Shown piece by piece: positions 38,200 through 47,668 of a DNA stretch of 64,000 nt (position 1 is the stretch's first letter; each line of letters starts with the position of its first letter). The stretch lies in NCBI GenBank assembly GCA_027484285.1, contig JAIXTG010000114.1, forward strand, positions 34,848 to 98,847, given 5' to 3'. This DNA is from Oxalobacteraceae bacterium (GTDB lineage Bacteria > Pseudomonadota > Gammaproteobacteria > Burkholderiales > Burkholderiaceae_D). The position numbers and the translations under genes were made by a program. A model generated the notes under the pieces. The model saw only the letters and a list, made by a program, of their open reading frames with translations. It was not told where the DNA came from and did no database searches.

Positions 38200-38888
38200 G
38201 CCGATTCAAGAACGAGGTCGCGCACCTGCAGGCGCACGTGAAGACCTTGCGCCTGGCCGGCGCCGCGCTGTTCATCGTGGCGCTGCTGCTTGGCTTCGGC
38301 TGGTGGAGCGCGCCCAAGAGCCTGACCATCCACGTGCCGCCCGACCTGCGCTCGGGCAGCACGCGCAAGTGGTGGGACGTTCCGCCCGAGAGCGTCTACG
38401 CCTTCACCTTCTACATTTGGCAGCAAGCCCAGCGCTGGCCGACCAACGGCGAGCAGGACTATCCGCGCAACCTGCATGCGCTGTCTGCGTACTTCACGCC
38501 GAGCTGCCGCGCCTTTCTGCAACAGGACTTCGAGTTTCGGCGCAGCAACGGCGAGCTGCGGCAGCGCGTGCGCGGCATCTACGAGATTCCCGGCCGCGGC
38601 TACGGCGACGACCCGGCCGCGCGCGTGCGCACCGTGTCGGCCAACAACTGGATCGTCACGCTGGACGTGAGCGCCGACGAGTACCTGGGCGCCGAGCAGG
38701 TCAAGCGCGCGCTCGTGCGCTACGCGCTCAAGGTCGTGCGTATGGACGTGGACCCCGAGCGCAACCCCTTCGGCCTGGCGCTGGACTGCCATGCACGCGC
38801 GCCGGAGCGCATCGAAACCCCTCCGCCTGCGGCGCCACCCGGCCGGGCCACGAGCGCCGGCTCCAACCTGCAGGGAGACACCCCATGA
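38196..38888 (+). CDS. PFL_4703/TIGR03746-family protein
   Basis: LTIHVPPDLRSGSTRKWWDVP; NPFGLALDC. Confidence 0.82.
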   Translation: MSRFKNEVAHLQAHVKTLRLAGAALFIVALLLGFGWWSAPKSLTIHVPPDLRSGSTRKWWDVPPESVYAFTFYIWQQAQRWPTNGEQDYPRNLHALSAYFTPSCRAFLQQDFEFRRSNGELRQRVRGIYEIPGRGYGDDPAARVRTVSANNWIVTLDVSADEYLGAEQVKRALVRYALKVVRMDVDPERNPFGLALDCHARAPERIETPPPAAPPGRATSAGSNLQGDTP

Positions 38889-39814
38889 AGTCCCTCGTGA
38901 AGCGTTCATCTGCGGCGGCCCTGGCCGGCCTGCTGCTGTGCCTGGCTTTCGTGCCTGCGGTCCATGCCGTCGAAATCCTACGCTGGGAGCGCCTGCCGCT
39001 GGCGGTGCCGCTGGTGGTCGGCCAGGAGCGTGTGGTGTTCATCGAACGCAACGTGCGCATCGGTGTGCCGCCCACGGTCGGCGAGCAGTTGCGCGTGCAG
39101 AGCGCCGGAGGCGCGATCTACCTGCGCGCCAATGCGCCAATCCTGCCCACGCGGCTGCAATTGCAGGACGTGGAATCGGGCGCGCTGATCCTGCTCGACA
39201 TTGCGGCCGAGCCGGCCAAGGCAGGTCAGCCGGCGCTCGAACCCGTGCGCATCGTGGAAGGTGACGTGCCGGCGACCCGCTACGGCGAGCCCGCAAAACC
39301 TGCAGCGACTGCGGACGACGATGCGGAACGCACGGCACCTGCTGCAAAGCAGGCCACGCCGGTGGCGGTCGTGCTCACGCGCTATGCAGCGCAGAACCTC
39401 TACGCGCCGCTGCGCACCGTAGAGCCCGTTCCCGGCATCGGCCGCGTCAACCTGCGGCGCGGCCTGGAGCTTTCCACCTTGCTGCCGACGCTGCCGGTGC
39501 ATGCGCAGGCACTGGCCGCGTGGCGGCTCGAAGACCAGTGGGTGACGGCGGTGAAGCTCACCAACATCTCCGCCCGCGGGCTCGACCTGGACCCGCGCGC
39601 GTTGCAGGGCGACTTCCTCGCCGCGACCTTCCAGCACCCGAGCCTAGCGCCGGCCGGCCGCGCCGCCGACACCACGGTCGTCTACCTCGTTACCCGTGGC
39701 CACGGCCTGGCCGAGTCGCTGCTGCCCAAGCTCTCACCGATCGACGCGACGGTGAACCTGCCGCCGGCCGCGGCGGCCGGCCAGGCCGAAGGAGGTGCCC
39801 GCCATGAAAAGTAA
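38885..39814 (+). CDS. PFL_4704/TIGR03749-family protein
   Basis: EILRWERLPLAVPL; LTRYAAQNLYAPLR; DPRALQG. Confidence 0.82.
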   Translation: MKSLVKRSSAAALAGLLLCLAFVPAVHAVEILRWERLPLAVPLVVGQERVVFIERNVRIGVPPTVGEQLRVQSAGGAIYLRANAPILPTRLQLQDVESGALILLDIAAEPAKAGQPALEPVRIVEGDVPATRYGEPAKPAATADDDAERTAPAAKQATPVAVVLTRYAAQNLYAPLRTVEPVPGIGRVNLRRGLELSTLLPTLPVHAQALAAWRLEDQWVTAVKLTNISARGLDLDPRALQGDFLAATFQHPSLAPAGRAADTTVVYLVTRGHGLAESLLPKLSPIDATVNLPPAAAAGQAEGGARHEK

Positions 39815-41276
39815 CCCCCTCCTGAAGTGGCTGCTGATCCCGATGGCGCTGGTGCTGCTGTTCGTCGGCATCAAGATGCTCTCCGGGGATCGCGGCGCCA
39901 GGCCGGCGCCGGCCGGCAGCGCCAACCCGCTCACGCCCGAGGAGATGAAGGCGTTAGGCATCGAGGGCGACACGCCGCGCGATACCGTCGCGACGCTGGT
40001 GGCCCAGGTCAAGCAGTTGCGCAACGAGCTGCAGACGGCGCTCAACGACAACAAGAACCAGAAGAGCGAGAACGAACGCATGCGCGCGCGGGAAAGCGCG
40101 ATCGACCAACGCATCCAGTCTGCGCTCGACGGCGAGCGCGGCCGCCTGCAGCAGGACCGCGAGCAACTCTCCAGCGACCGCCAGCAGACCCAGGGCCTGC
40201 TGCAAGACCTGCAGCGGCGCCTGGACGGTCTCTCCGGCAAGGGCGGCCAGGCCGACCTGCCGGTGGGCCTCGGCCTGGAGGAAGGCGATGGCAAGGGTTT
40301 CGGCGGCACCCAGGGCGGCGCCGCGCGCAGCACCAGCGGCACGCGCTGGGTTGAGCCTGACGATGCGAAGCCTTCGGCGAAGAGCGGCAGCGGCGGCGGG
40401 CTGAACTTCCCGACCAGCTTCGGGCCGGCGCAGAAGACGCTTTCCGACACGGCCGACAACGTGGCCAGCACGGTGGCGGATGCGGGCAGCCGCGCGGTGG
40501 GCGCGTCGGCCAAGCCGGTCTACACGGTGCCGTCGAACTCGACGCTGATGGGCTCCATCGCGATGACCGCGTTGATCGGGCGCGTGCCCATCGACGGCAC
40601 GGTCAACGACCCGTACCCCTTCAAGGTGCTGATCGGCCCGGACAACCTGACCGCCAACGGCATCGACATTCCCGACGTGGCCGGCGCGGTGGTCAGCGGC
40701 ACGGCCTCGGGCGACTGGACGCTCTCCTGCGTGCGCGGCCAGATTCGCTCGGTGACGTTCGTTTTTAACGACGGCACGGTGCGCACGATGCCGGAGGACG
40801 GCAACCGCAACCAGAACGGCGGCGGGGGCTCGGGCGGCAACGCAAACAGCACCACGCACGGCGGCCTGGGCTGGATCAGCGATCCCTATGGCATCCCCTG
40901 CGTCAGCGGCGAGCGGCGCAGCAACGCGCAGCAGTACCTGGGCTCGCAGGCCCTCATCACCGCGGCGGGCGCCGGCGCGGCGTCCCTGATCAAGTCGGAC
41001 AACGGCAGCGTGGCCGTCGTCGCCAACAGCAACGGCTCGCTCGGCACGGTGGGCATCAGCGGCAACGAGGCCATGGGCCGCATCCTCGCCGGCGGCGTGC
41101 GCGACATGGCCGATTGGGTCAACAAGCTCTACGGGCAGGCCTTCGCCGCGGTGTACGTGCGCCCCGGCGCCAAAGTCGCCGTGCACCTGGAGCAGCCGCT
41201 CAACATCGACTACGACGCCAAGGGGCGCCGGGTCAATCACCGCATCGGAGGCAAGCATGCGTCGGATTTGGATTGA
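39804..41276 (+). CDS. PFL_4705/TIGR03752-family protein (VirB10/TraB-like)
   Basis: TM, coiled coil, then NSTLMGSIAMTALIGRVP and SGDWTLSCV. Confidence 0.85.
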   Translation: MKSNPLLKWLLIPMALVLLFVGIKMLSGDRGARPAPAGSANPLTPEEMKALGIEGDTPRDTVATLVAQVKQLRNELQTALNDNKNQKSENERMRARESAIDQRIQSALDGERGRLQQDREQLSSDRQQTQGLLQDLQRRLDGLSGKGGQADLPVGLGLEEGDGKGFGGTQGGAARSTSGTRWVEPDDAKPSAKSGSGGGLNFPTSFGPAQKTLSDTADNVASTVADAGSRAVGASAKPVYTVPSNSTLMGSIAMTALIGRVPIDGTVNDPYPFKVLIGPDNLTANGIDIPDVAGAVVSGTASGDWTLSCVRGQIRSVTFVFNDGTVRTMPEDGNRNQNGGGGSGGNANSTTHGGLGWISDPYGIPCVSGERRSNAQQYLGSQALITAAGAGAASLIKSDNGSVAVVANSNGSLGTVGISGNEAMGRILAGGVRDMADWVNKLYGQAFAAVYVRPGAKVAVHLEQPLNIDYDAKGRRVNHRIGGKHASDLD

Positions 41277-41691
41277 ATCGGCCGCGATCCTGTGCGCGGT
41301 CGTGTTGCTGGGCGGCTGCGCCACCAGCAAAGACAAGCTGCTGCCGCACGGCGATCACACCATGCTCGATGTGTGGAACCAGGAGACGGGCGGCAGCGCC
41401 GGTGGCGGGCAAGCGGCGCGGCAACTGCTCGATGCGCGTCAGGGCCTGCGCCGGCCGCTGACCGAGGCCGACGTGCAGGCGGCGCCTGCCACCGCTGCTG
41501 CCTACACGCGCACCGCGGCCAACGAGATCTACCGCCAGTTCCACCGGCTCCCCAACCCCGATCTGGTCATGTACGTGTTCCCACACCTGGCCGGCACCGA
41601 TCCGGTGCCGGTGCCCGGCTACACCACCGTCTTTCCCCTGTATCAGAGGGTGCAGTACGCCATGCCCGGCGAACGCCTGGAGGACTACTGA
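41257..41691 (+). CDS. TIGR03751-family conjugative transfer lipoprotein
   Basis: Lipobox LLGGC; RLPNPDLVMYVFPHL. Confidence 0.83.
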   Translation: MRRIWIESAAILCAVVLLGGCATSKDKLLPHGDHTMLDVWNQETGGSAGGGQAARQLLDARQGLRRPLTEADVQAAPATAAAYTRTAANEIYRQFHRLPNPDLVMYVFPHLAGTDPVPVPGYTTVFPLYQRVQYAMPGERLEDY

Positions 41692-44585
41692 TGGCCTGGA
41701 CCTTGCCTTGGCCGCGCGAGGGCCTCGCATCGGTTGGCCCTGAGCCGCATGGCGAGGACGCCTGGTCGCAGCATCTGACGTCGCTGGCGACGCACGGCAT
41801 TCCCGAGCCGGGAACCGCAACCGATGACCGGCCGCGCCGTCCGGCCGCCGAGGCGGACCTGCAGGCCCTCTACGGCGTGTCGCCGTCCTTCGCCGATCTG
41901 CTCCCCTGGGTGGAGTACCTGCCCGGCTCCAAGAGCATGCTTCTGGAAGACAGTCAGTCGGTCGCGGGCTTCTTCGAGCTGGCGCCGGTGGGCACCGAAG
42001 GCCGCGAGATGGCCTGGCTGTGGCAGGCGCGCGATGCATTGGAAAACGCGCTGCAGGACTCCTTCGATGAACTCGACGAGAACCCCTGGGTCGTGCAGCT
42101 CTACGCCCAGGATGAATCGACCTGGGACAACTACCTGCGCGGCCTGTCCGACTACGTGCGGCCGCGAGCGCAGGGCAGCACCTTCACAGAGTTTTACGTG
42201 AGGTTCTTCGCGCACCACCTTCGCGCCATCGCCAAGCCCGGGGGCCTGTTCGAGGACACGACCGTGACGCGCCTGCCGTGGCGCGGCCAGGTCCGGCGCG
42301 TGCGCATGGTGGTCTACCGGCGCGCGAATGCGGTGACAGCATCGCGGCGCGGCCAGTCCCCCGAGCAGGCGTTGACGACGATCTGCGATCGGCTCGTGGG
42401 CGGCCTCGCCAACGCTGGCGTGAAATCCCGCCGCATGGAGGCGGCCGACATCCACGACTGGCTGCTGCGCTGGTTCAACCCACACCCGACGCTGCTCGGC
42501 CCCAGCGCCGACGACCGCGAGCGCTTCTATGCGCTCACGCGCTACCCCGAGGCAGCCGAAGACGGCGAGATCGAGCTGGCCAGCGGAGACTTCGCTCAAC
42601 GCCTGTTCTTCGGCCAGCCCCGCTCGGATGTGGCGAACGGCACCTGGGTGTTCGACGGCATGCCGCACCGGGTCATCGTGATGGATCGCCTGCGCATGCC
42701 ACCCGCCACAGGCCACGTCACTGGCGAGACGCGCAAGGGCGGCGATGCGGTCAATGCGCTGTTCGACCAGATGCCCGAGGACACGGTGATGTGCCTGACG
42801 ATCGTGGCAACGCCGCAGGACGTGCTCGAAGCGCACCTGAACCACCTGAGCAAGAAGTCGGTCGGCGAGACATTGGCCTCGGAGCAGACTCGCCGCGACG
42901 TGCAGGAAGCGCGTGGGCTGATCGGCAGTGCGCACAAGCTCTACCGCGGTGCGCTGGCCTTCTACCTGCGCGGGCACGACCTGGCGCAGCTCGACAGCCG
43001 CGGCCTGCAACTGGTGAACGTCATGCTCAACGCCGGCCTACAGCCGGTGCGCGAGGAAGACGAAGTGGCGCCGCTGAACAGCTACCTGCGCTGGCTCCCG
43101 TGCGTGTTCGATCCGGCGCTGGACAAGCGCCAGTGGTATACGCAACTGATGTTCGCGCAGCATGCCGCAAACCTCGCGCCGGTATGGGGCCGCAGTCAGG
43201 GCACGGGACATCCGGGCATTACGTTCTTCAACCGCGGCGGCGGGCCGATCACCTTCGACCCGCTGAACCGGCTCGACCGGCAGATGAACGCCCACCTGTT
43301 TCTGTTCGGCCCCACTGGCTCGGGCAAGAGCGCCACGCTCAACAACATCCTGAACCAGGTGACTGCCATCTACCGGCCGCGCCTGTTCATCGTGGAGGCC
43401 GGCAACAGCTTCGGCCTGTTCGGCGACTTCGCCATGCGGTTGGGCCTCAAGGTGCATCGCGTGAAGCTCGCGCCCGGCGCCGGGGTCAGCCTCGCGCCGT
43501 TCGCGGATGCGCACCGGCTGGTCGATACGCCCAGCCAGGTGCAGACGCTGGACGCCGATGCGCTGGACGAGGACGAGGAGCCCGCGGCGCAGGCAGCGAA
43601 TCGCAGCGAGGAAGCGGAAGAGCAGCGCGACGTGCTCGGCGAGCTGGAGATCACCGCGCGGTTGATGATCACCGGCGGCGAAGACAAGGAAGAAGCGCGC
43701 ATGACGCGCGCCGATCGCAGCCTGATCCGGCAGTGCATCCTCGATGCGGCCCAGCGCTGCGTGACCGAGCTGCGCACCGTACTCACGCGCGACGTGCGCG
43801 ACGCGCTGCGCGAGCGCGCCCGGGACTCATCGCTGCCCGAGATGCGCCGCGCGCGCCTGCTGGAGATGGCGGACGCGATGGATATGTTTTGCCAGGGCGT
43901 CGACGGCGAGATGTTCGATCGGCCCGGCACGCCCTGGCCCGAGGCCGACATCACCATCGTGGACCTCGCCACGTTCGCGCGCGAGGGCTACAACGCGCAG
44001 CTCTCGATCGCGTACATCAGTCTCATCAACACGGTGAACAACATCGCCGAGCGCGACCAGTTCCTGGGTCGGCCGATCATCAACGTGACGGACGAAGGCC
44101 ACATCATCACCAAGAACCCGCTGCTCGCGCCCTACGTCGTGAAGATCACGAAGATGTGGCGCAAGCTCGGCGCTTGGTACTGGCTGGCAACGCAGAACAT
44201 CGACGACCTGCCCAAAGCGGCCGAGCCCATGCTCAACATGATCGAGTGGTGGATCTGCCTCTCGATGCCACCGGACGAGGTGGAGAAGATCGCGCGCTTC
44301 CGCGAGCTGAACCCGGCGCAGAAGGCCCTGATGCTGTCGGCCCGCAAGGAGGCGGGCAAGTTCACCGAGGGCGTCATCCTCTCCAAGAGCATGGAAGTGC
44401 TGTTCCGTGCGGTTCCGCCCAGCCTGTACCTGGCGCTGGCTCAGACCGAGCCGGAAGAGAAGGCGGAACGCTTTCAGTTGATGCAGCAGTACGGCATCGG
44501 CGAGCTGGATGCGGCCTTCAAGATCGCCGAGAAGATCGACCGCGCTCGCGGCATCGAATCGCTGGCGCTTGATGCGCTGGCGTAA
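41691..44585 (+). CDS. Conjugative transfer ATPase (VirB4/TraC, PFL_4706 family)
   Basis: Walker A GPTGSGKS, Walker B VTDEGH, and WRKLG. Confidence 0.92.
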   Translation: MAWTLPWPREGLASVGPEPHGEDAWSQHLTSLATHGIPEPGTATDDRPRRPAAEADLQALYGVSPSFADLLPWVEYLPGSKSMLLEDSQSVAGFFELAPVGTEGREMAWLWQARDALENALQDSFDELDENPWVVQLYAQDESTWDNYLRGLSDYVRPRAQGSTFTEFYVRFFAHHLRAIAKPGGLFEDTTVTRLPWRGQVRRVRMVVYRRANAVTASRRGQSPEQALTTICDRLVGGLANAGVKSRRMEAADIHDWLLRWFNPHPTLLGPSADDRERFYALTRYPEAAEDGEIELASGDFAQRLFFGQPRSDVANGTWVFDGMPHRVIVMDRLRMPPATGHVTGETRKGGDAVNALFDQMPEDTVMCLTIVATPQDVLEAHLNHLSKKSVGETLASEQTRRDVQEARGLIGSAHKLYRGALAFYLRGHDLAQLDSRGLQLVNVMLNAGLQPVREEDEVAPLNSYLRWLPCVFDPALDKRQWYTQLMFAQHAANLAPVWGRSQGTGHPGITFFNRGGGPITFDPLNRLDRQMNAHLFLFGPTGSGKSATLNNILNQVTAIYRPRLFIVEAGNSFGLFGDFAMRLGLKVHRVKLAPGAGVSLAPFADAHRLVDTPSQVQTLDADALDEDEEPAAQAANRSEEAEEQRDVLGELEITARLMITGGEDKEEARMTRADRSLIRQCILDAAQRCVTELRTVLTRDVRDALRERARDSSLPEMRRARLLEMADAMDMFCQGVDGEMFDRPGTPWPEADITIVDLATFAREGYNAQLSIAYISLINTVNNIAERDQFLGRPIINVTDEGHIITKNPLLAPYVVKITKMWRKLGAWYWLATQNIDDLPKAAEPMLNMIEWWICLSMPPDEVEKIARFRELNPAQKALMLSARKEAGKFTEGVILSKSMEVLFRAVPPSLYLALAQTEPEEKAERFQLMQQYGIGELDAAFKIAEKIDRARGIESLALDALA

Positions 44586-44595
44586 GGAAAACACC

Positions 44596-45351
44596 ATGCA
44601 GGTCGCTCGCTTCATTCCATCCCGCTCAGTCGCATTGGTCTCTGTGCTGCTCATCGTTGCGCTGATCGCGGCGGCCTGGCTGGGCTTACAGCCACAAACG
44701 CCGATCGCCGAAGACGCTTCAGCGTCGGCCGAGTTCAGCCAGGCGCCCAAGCTGGCACTCGCCGCCGCGAGCGGCCCGCCTTGGCGCTATGGTCGCGACG
44801 ATGCGCGCTTCACGGTAGTGGAGTACGCCGACCTCGAATGTCCGTTCTGCCGCGCGTACTTCCCGGCGCTGAAGCAGTGGATCGACGCGCACCCCGAGGT
44901 GAACTGGCAGTGGCACCACCTGCCGCTGGCGCCGCACGAGCCTGCGGCGACTGCCAATGCGCGCCTGGTCGAGTGCGTTGGTGAGGCCGGCGGCTCGGCC
45001 GCGTTCTGGCGGGCGGTCGAATGGGTCTATGCGCACACCCGCGGCGACGGCCAGGGCCTGCCCGAGGGCCTGGGCTATCCAGGCATCACGCCGGCCGCCC
45101 AGCAGTGCCTCGACAGTGATCGCCCTGACACGCTGATCCGCGCGCAGTCGGCGAGCGCCGCGCAGGAGGGCGTCAAGGTCACGCCCACGCTGCGGTTGCA
45201 GGATCGCCAGTCCGGCAAGACGCTGCTGCTGCATGGCCCGGTGGAAGGCGATGCGCTGCTGTCGGCCATCGACCTGCTGGCGGCCGGCGGCACCACCGAC
45301 ACTGCATCGAAGGAAATGCCTGCCGAGTCCCTCGGCGACATGCCCAGGTAG
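44596..45351 (+). CDS. DsbA/thioredoxin-fold protein
   Basis: EYADLECPFC and GVKVTPT. Confidence 0.85.
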   Translation: MQVARFIPSRSVALVSVLLIVALIAAAWLGLQPQTPIAEDASASAEFSQAPKLALAAASGPPWRYGRDDARFTVVEYADLECPFCRAYFPALKQWIDAHPEVNWQWHHLPLAPHEPAATANARLVECVGEAGGSAAFWRAVEWVYAHTRGDGQGLPEGLGYPGITPAAQQCLDSDRPDTLIRAQSASAAQEGVKVTPTLRLQDRQSGKTLLLHGPVEGDALLSAIDLLAAGGTTDTASKEMPAESLGDMPR

Positions 45352-45392
45352 CCCCCGATCTTCAAGGCTACGCCGCGGCCTTGGCCGCGCTG
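45315..45392 (+). repeat. Dispersed three-hairpin element, copy 5 (overlaps the dsbA 3' end)
   Basis: GCCGAG/CTCGGC, CATGCCCAGG, GTAGCC/GGCTAC, CGCGGCC/GGCCGCG. Confidence 0.8.
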
Positions 45393-45544
45393 ATCGACCC
45401 CGTTCGCCTCGCATCCTTCGACGCGAACAGCCGCCGCGCTGCGGTGGCGGATGCCCGCTCTTCCATCGCTTGTTGTTCATCCCACGCGGGTCGCCCACGC
45501 CCGCAGGGGCGGCATGGCGTTCCGCACCTTCTATGGAGACTGCC

Positions 45545-46123
45545 ATGCAACCCAAGACTCATGTTGTTGATGGTGTGACCTTCGTGGCCACGCCTTACCG
45601 CGCCGGAACCTTCGTCCGCGAGGATGTGTTCTGGCGCCAGTTCACGATCACCTGCCAAGGCTATATCGAGTACCCCGAGGACGATCGCGTTTTCGGGACC
45701 TGGTGGACACCTCACATCCTTGAGCTGGGCCAACACGGCCTGATCGAGGATGCCCTGGCCCTCGCAGCGGACGAGCTGTCAAAAGACGAGTTCGATCTGA
45801 GGTCGGAGATCGAGGCGCTGGACTTTCGGCCGGAACTGGTCCTGATCCGCGATTCGCTCGATCGGCTGGTTGTCACTGGCGAGGTGCAGTGCGGCGGCCG
45901 CATCCGCTGGTGCGAACCCACCGCCTCAGATGCGGAAGCCGCCGACGTCGCGAAGCAGGTCGATGACCTGCGCGGCGAGGCGTCCTACGAAGCTGGCTGG
46001 GACAACCACAGCACGGCCGAGCGCCTGCGCCTGCGCGCCCGCGTACTGGCCGGCCGGTTGGTCGATCCGTTCTGGCAAGTCCATGCCCGCCGCGCCATTC
46101 AGGCCTCGGCTGCGGGCGCCTGA
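45545..46123 (+). CDS. Hypothetical protein (192 aa) between dsbA and the TIGR03757 gene
   Basis: GGAG RBS; acidic; EASYEAGWDNHSTA. Followed by a terminator. Confidence 0.7.
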   Translation: MQPKTHVVDGVTFVATPYRAGTFVREDVFWRQFTITCQGYIEYPEDDRVFGTWWTPHILELGQHGLIEDALALAADELSKDEFDLRSEIEALDFRPELVLIRDSLDRLVVTGEVQCGGRIRWCEPTASDAEAADVAKQVDDLRGEASYEAGWDNHSTAERLRLRARVLAGRLVDPFWQVHARRAIQASAAGA

Positions 46124-46128
46124 TTCCC

Positions 46129-46152
46129 ACGGGAGCTTCGGCTCCCGTTTTT
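46129..46152 (+). terminator. Rho-independent terminator
   Basis: ACGGGAGC-TTCG-GCTCCCGT followed by TTTT. Confidence 0.8.
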
Positions 46153-46265
46153 CCTCCTTGTGCCGCTTGCGAAAGCGGGGTGTGCGCGGTGCGCATTCCT
46201 TGTCGCAGCAGACATGCCTTCGGCGTTCGACTAGGGGCCTTGCTCTCATTTCCAGGACACCCGCC

Positions 46266-46712
46266 ATGACGGCTCCCTTGTTCTATTCCATTCCGCGGCT
46301 GGGGGTCACGCGCATCGCGTGCGCGGGAGGACTTCTGCTGTGCCTGCTCTGCCAGACCGCATCGGCCGCCGACGTGCTCGTCGTGACCGACAGCCACCAT
46401 CCCGTGCAGCCCGCTGCCGGCGCCCGCGTGGTCGAGCTGGACCTGCCCGAGCGCATCGAGGCCGAGCTGGCGGCCAGTCTGCCCAACGACCCCAACCGCG
46501 CAACCGCAATCGTGCAGCAGCGACTGCGTGATGGCGGCCAGGCTTTGCAACGACGCATCGGCAGCGCCTACCAGGGTGTGGCCGATGCCTGGGGGCTGGG
46601 CATCGCCAAGGTGCCCGCCGTAGTGGTCGATCGCCGCTACGTGGTCTACGGCGAGCCCGACGTGGCGCGTGCCGTGGCCCGCGTCGAAGCCCATCGGAGG
46701 ACACAGCCATGA
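46266..46712 (+). CDS. TIGR03757-family ICE protein
   Basis: Signal peptide; AWGLGIAKVPAVVVDRRYVVYG. Confidence 0.82.
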   Translation: MTAPLFYSIPRLGVTRIACAGGLLLCLLCQTASAADVLVVTDSHHPVQPAAGARVVELDLPERIEAELAASLPNDPNRATAIVQQRLRDGGQALQRRIGSAYQGVADAWGLGIAKVPAVVVDRRYVVYGEPDVARAVARVEAHRRTQP

Positions 46713-47659
46713 AGCGCCTGCTGTCGGCATCGTCGCGCCGCGCTCGCCTCGCCATCGCCTCGGTGCTGCTGGGCGGTGCGGCATCGAGCTTCGCGCTGAA
46801 CACGGCCACCATCGTGTCGTCGGCCCTGTCGCCGGACTGCATCGAGTACCGCGTCGTCGGCATCTGCTACTGGCTGTTCTGCACCTGGACGGGCTGCACC
46901 GTGCGCACGTCGGTGAAGGTGCGGCACTACGTGCCGGACGCGGTGGTATCGAGCTACAGCAACACCGGCGAGAACCCCTGGGTCGAGGTGCGCGCGATGA
47001 GCACGCCGAACCCGACTGCGCAGGCTGGCGACGACGGCACGACGAACCACGACAACGAGAACAACCTCGCCAAGTTCAAGAACGCCGACGTCATCGGCCA
47101 CCCCGGCGGCTACGTGTTCAGCCAATTCGCGAGTTCGTTCGGCTACTCGTGCGAGGGCGCAGGCACGGCCTTCATGCCGTACCTACTCAGCACGCTGGAC
47201 ACCATCGCCTGGCGCTACAACATCCCCGAAGCCTTCTACCCTGAAGCGCTCATTCCCGGCCGGCGCGAGATCGGCACGCGCACCGGCCTGAATCTGTGGG
47301 GCAATGTGTATGCGCGCGGGGGTTTCCTGCACCAGACCGATGACCACAAGAGCGGAGCCGTCGTCGCGCAACGCGCCGGCGACGTCGTAACGCGCCGCAA
47401 CCAGATCCACGTGTATCAGCCGCTGCTCGCCAGCGCCCGCGACGGCTACTGGCCGGCCGGCGCGCTGATGGAGACCGATGCCTCGACGGGCAAGTGGCAA
47501 CCGCTGACGCCCACGCTCTCGAACAGTTGCGTCGTCTTCCCGCACAGCGGAAGCCTCACGCAGGCGCAACAGGGCGATTACGCCTGGGCGCTGTGGCGGC
47601 CCTATGCCTGCTGCCAGCGCCGCGGCCAGGTCTTCCTCGGCAGCGTCGATTTCAACTGA
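46709..47659 (+). CDS. TIGR03756-family (TraU-like) protein
   Basis: CIEYRVVGICYWLFC; WGNVYARGG; WALWRPYACC. Confidence 0.85.
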   Translation: MKRLLSASSRRARLAIASVLLGGAASSFALNTATIVSSALSPDCIEYRVVGICYWLFCTWTGCTVRTSVKVRHYVPDAVVSSYSNTGENPWVEVRAMSTPNPTAQAGDDGTTNHDNENNLAKFKNADVIGHPGGYVFSQFASSFGYSCEGAGTAFMPYLLSTLDTIAWRYNIPEAFYPEALIPGRREIGTRTGLNLWGNVYARGGFLHQTDDHKSGAVVAQRAGDVVTRRNQIHVYQPLLASARDGYWPAGALMETDASTGKWQPLTPTLSNSCVVFPHSGSLTQAQQGDYAWALWRPYACCQRRGQVFLGSVDFN

Positions 47660-47668
47660 GGTGTGCCC

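Noticed and set aside
42278-44572. Long alternative-frame and antisense ORFs (for example 42278-44572, 47494-49069 part, 15255-17003, 34462-35724, 47183-48979)
   Set aside because: These are shadow ORFs expected in high-GC DNA. They overlap well-supported genes and give Arg/Ala/Pro-rich translations with no motifs.
16991-45392. The dispersed repeats as a CRISPR array or REP/BIME elements
   Set aside because: The copies are kilobases apart, lack regular spacers and diverge in their stems. No cas or REP-associated transposase gene is present.
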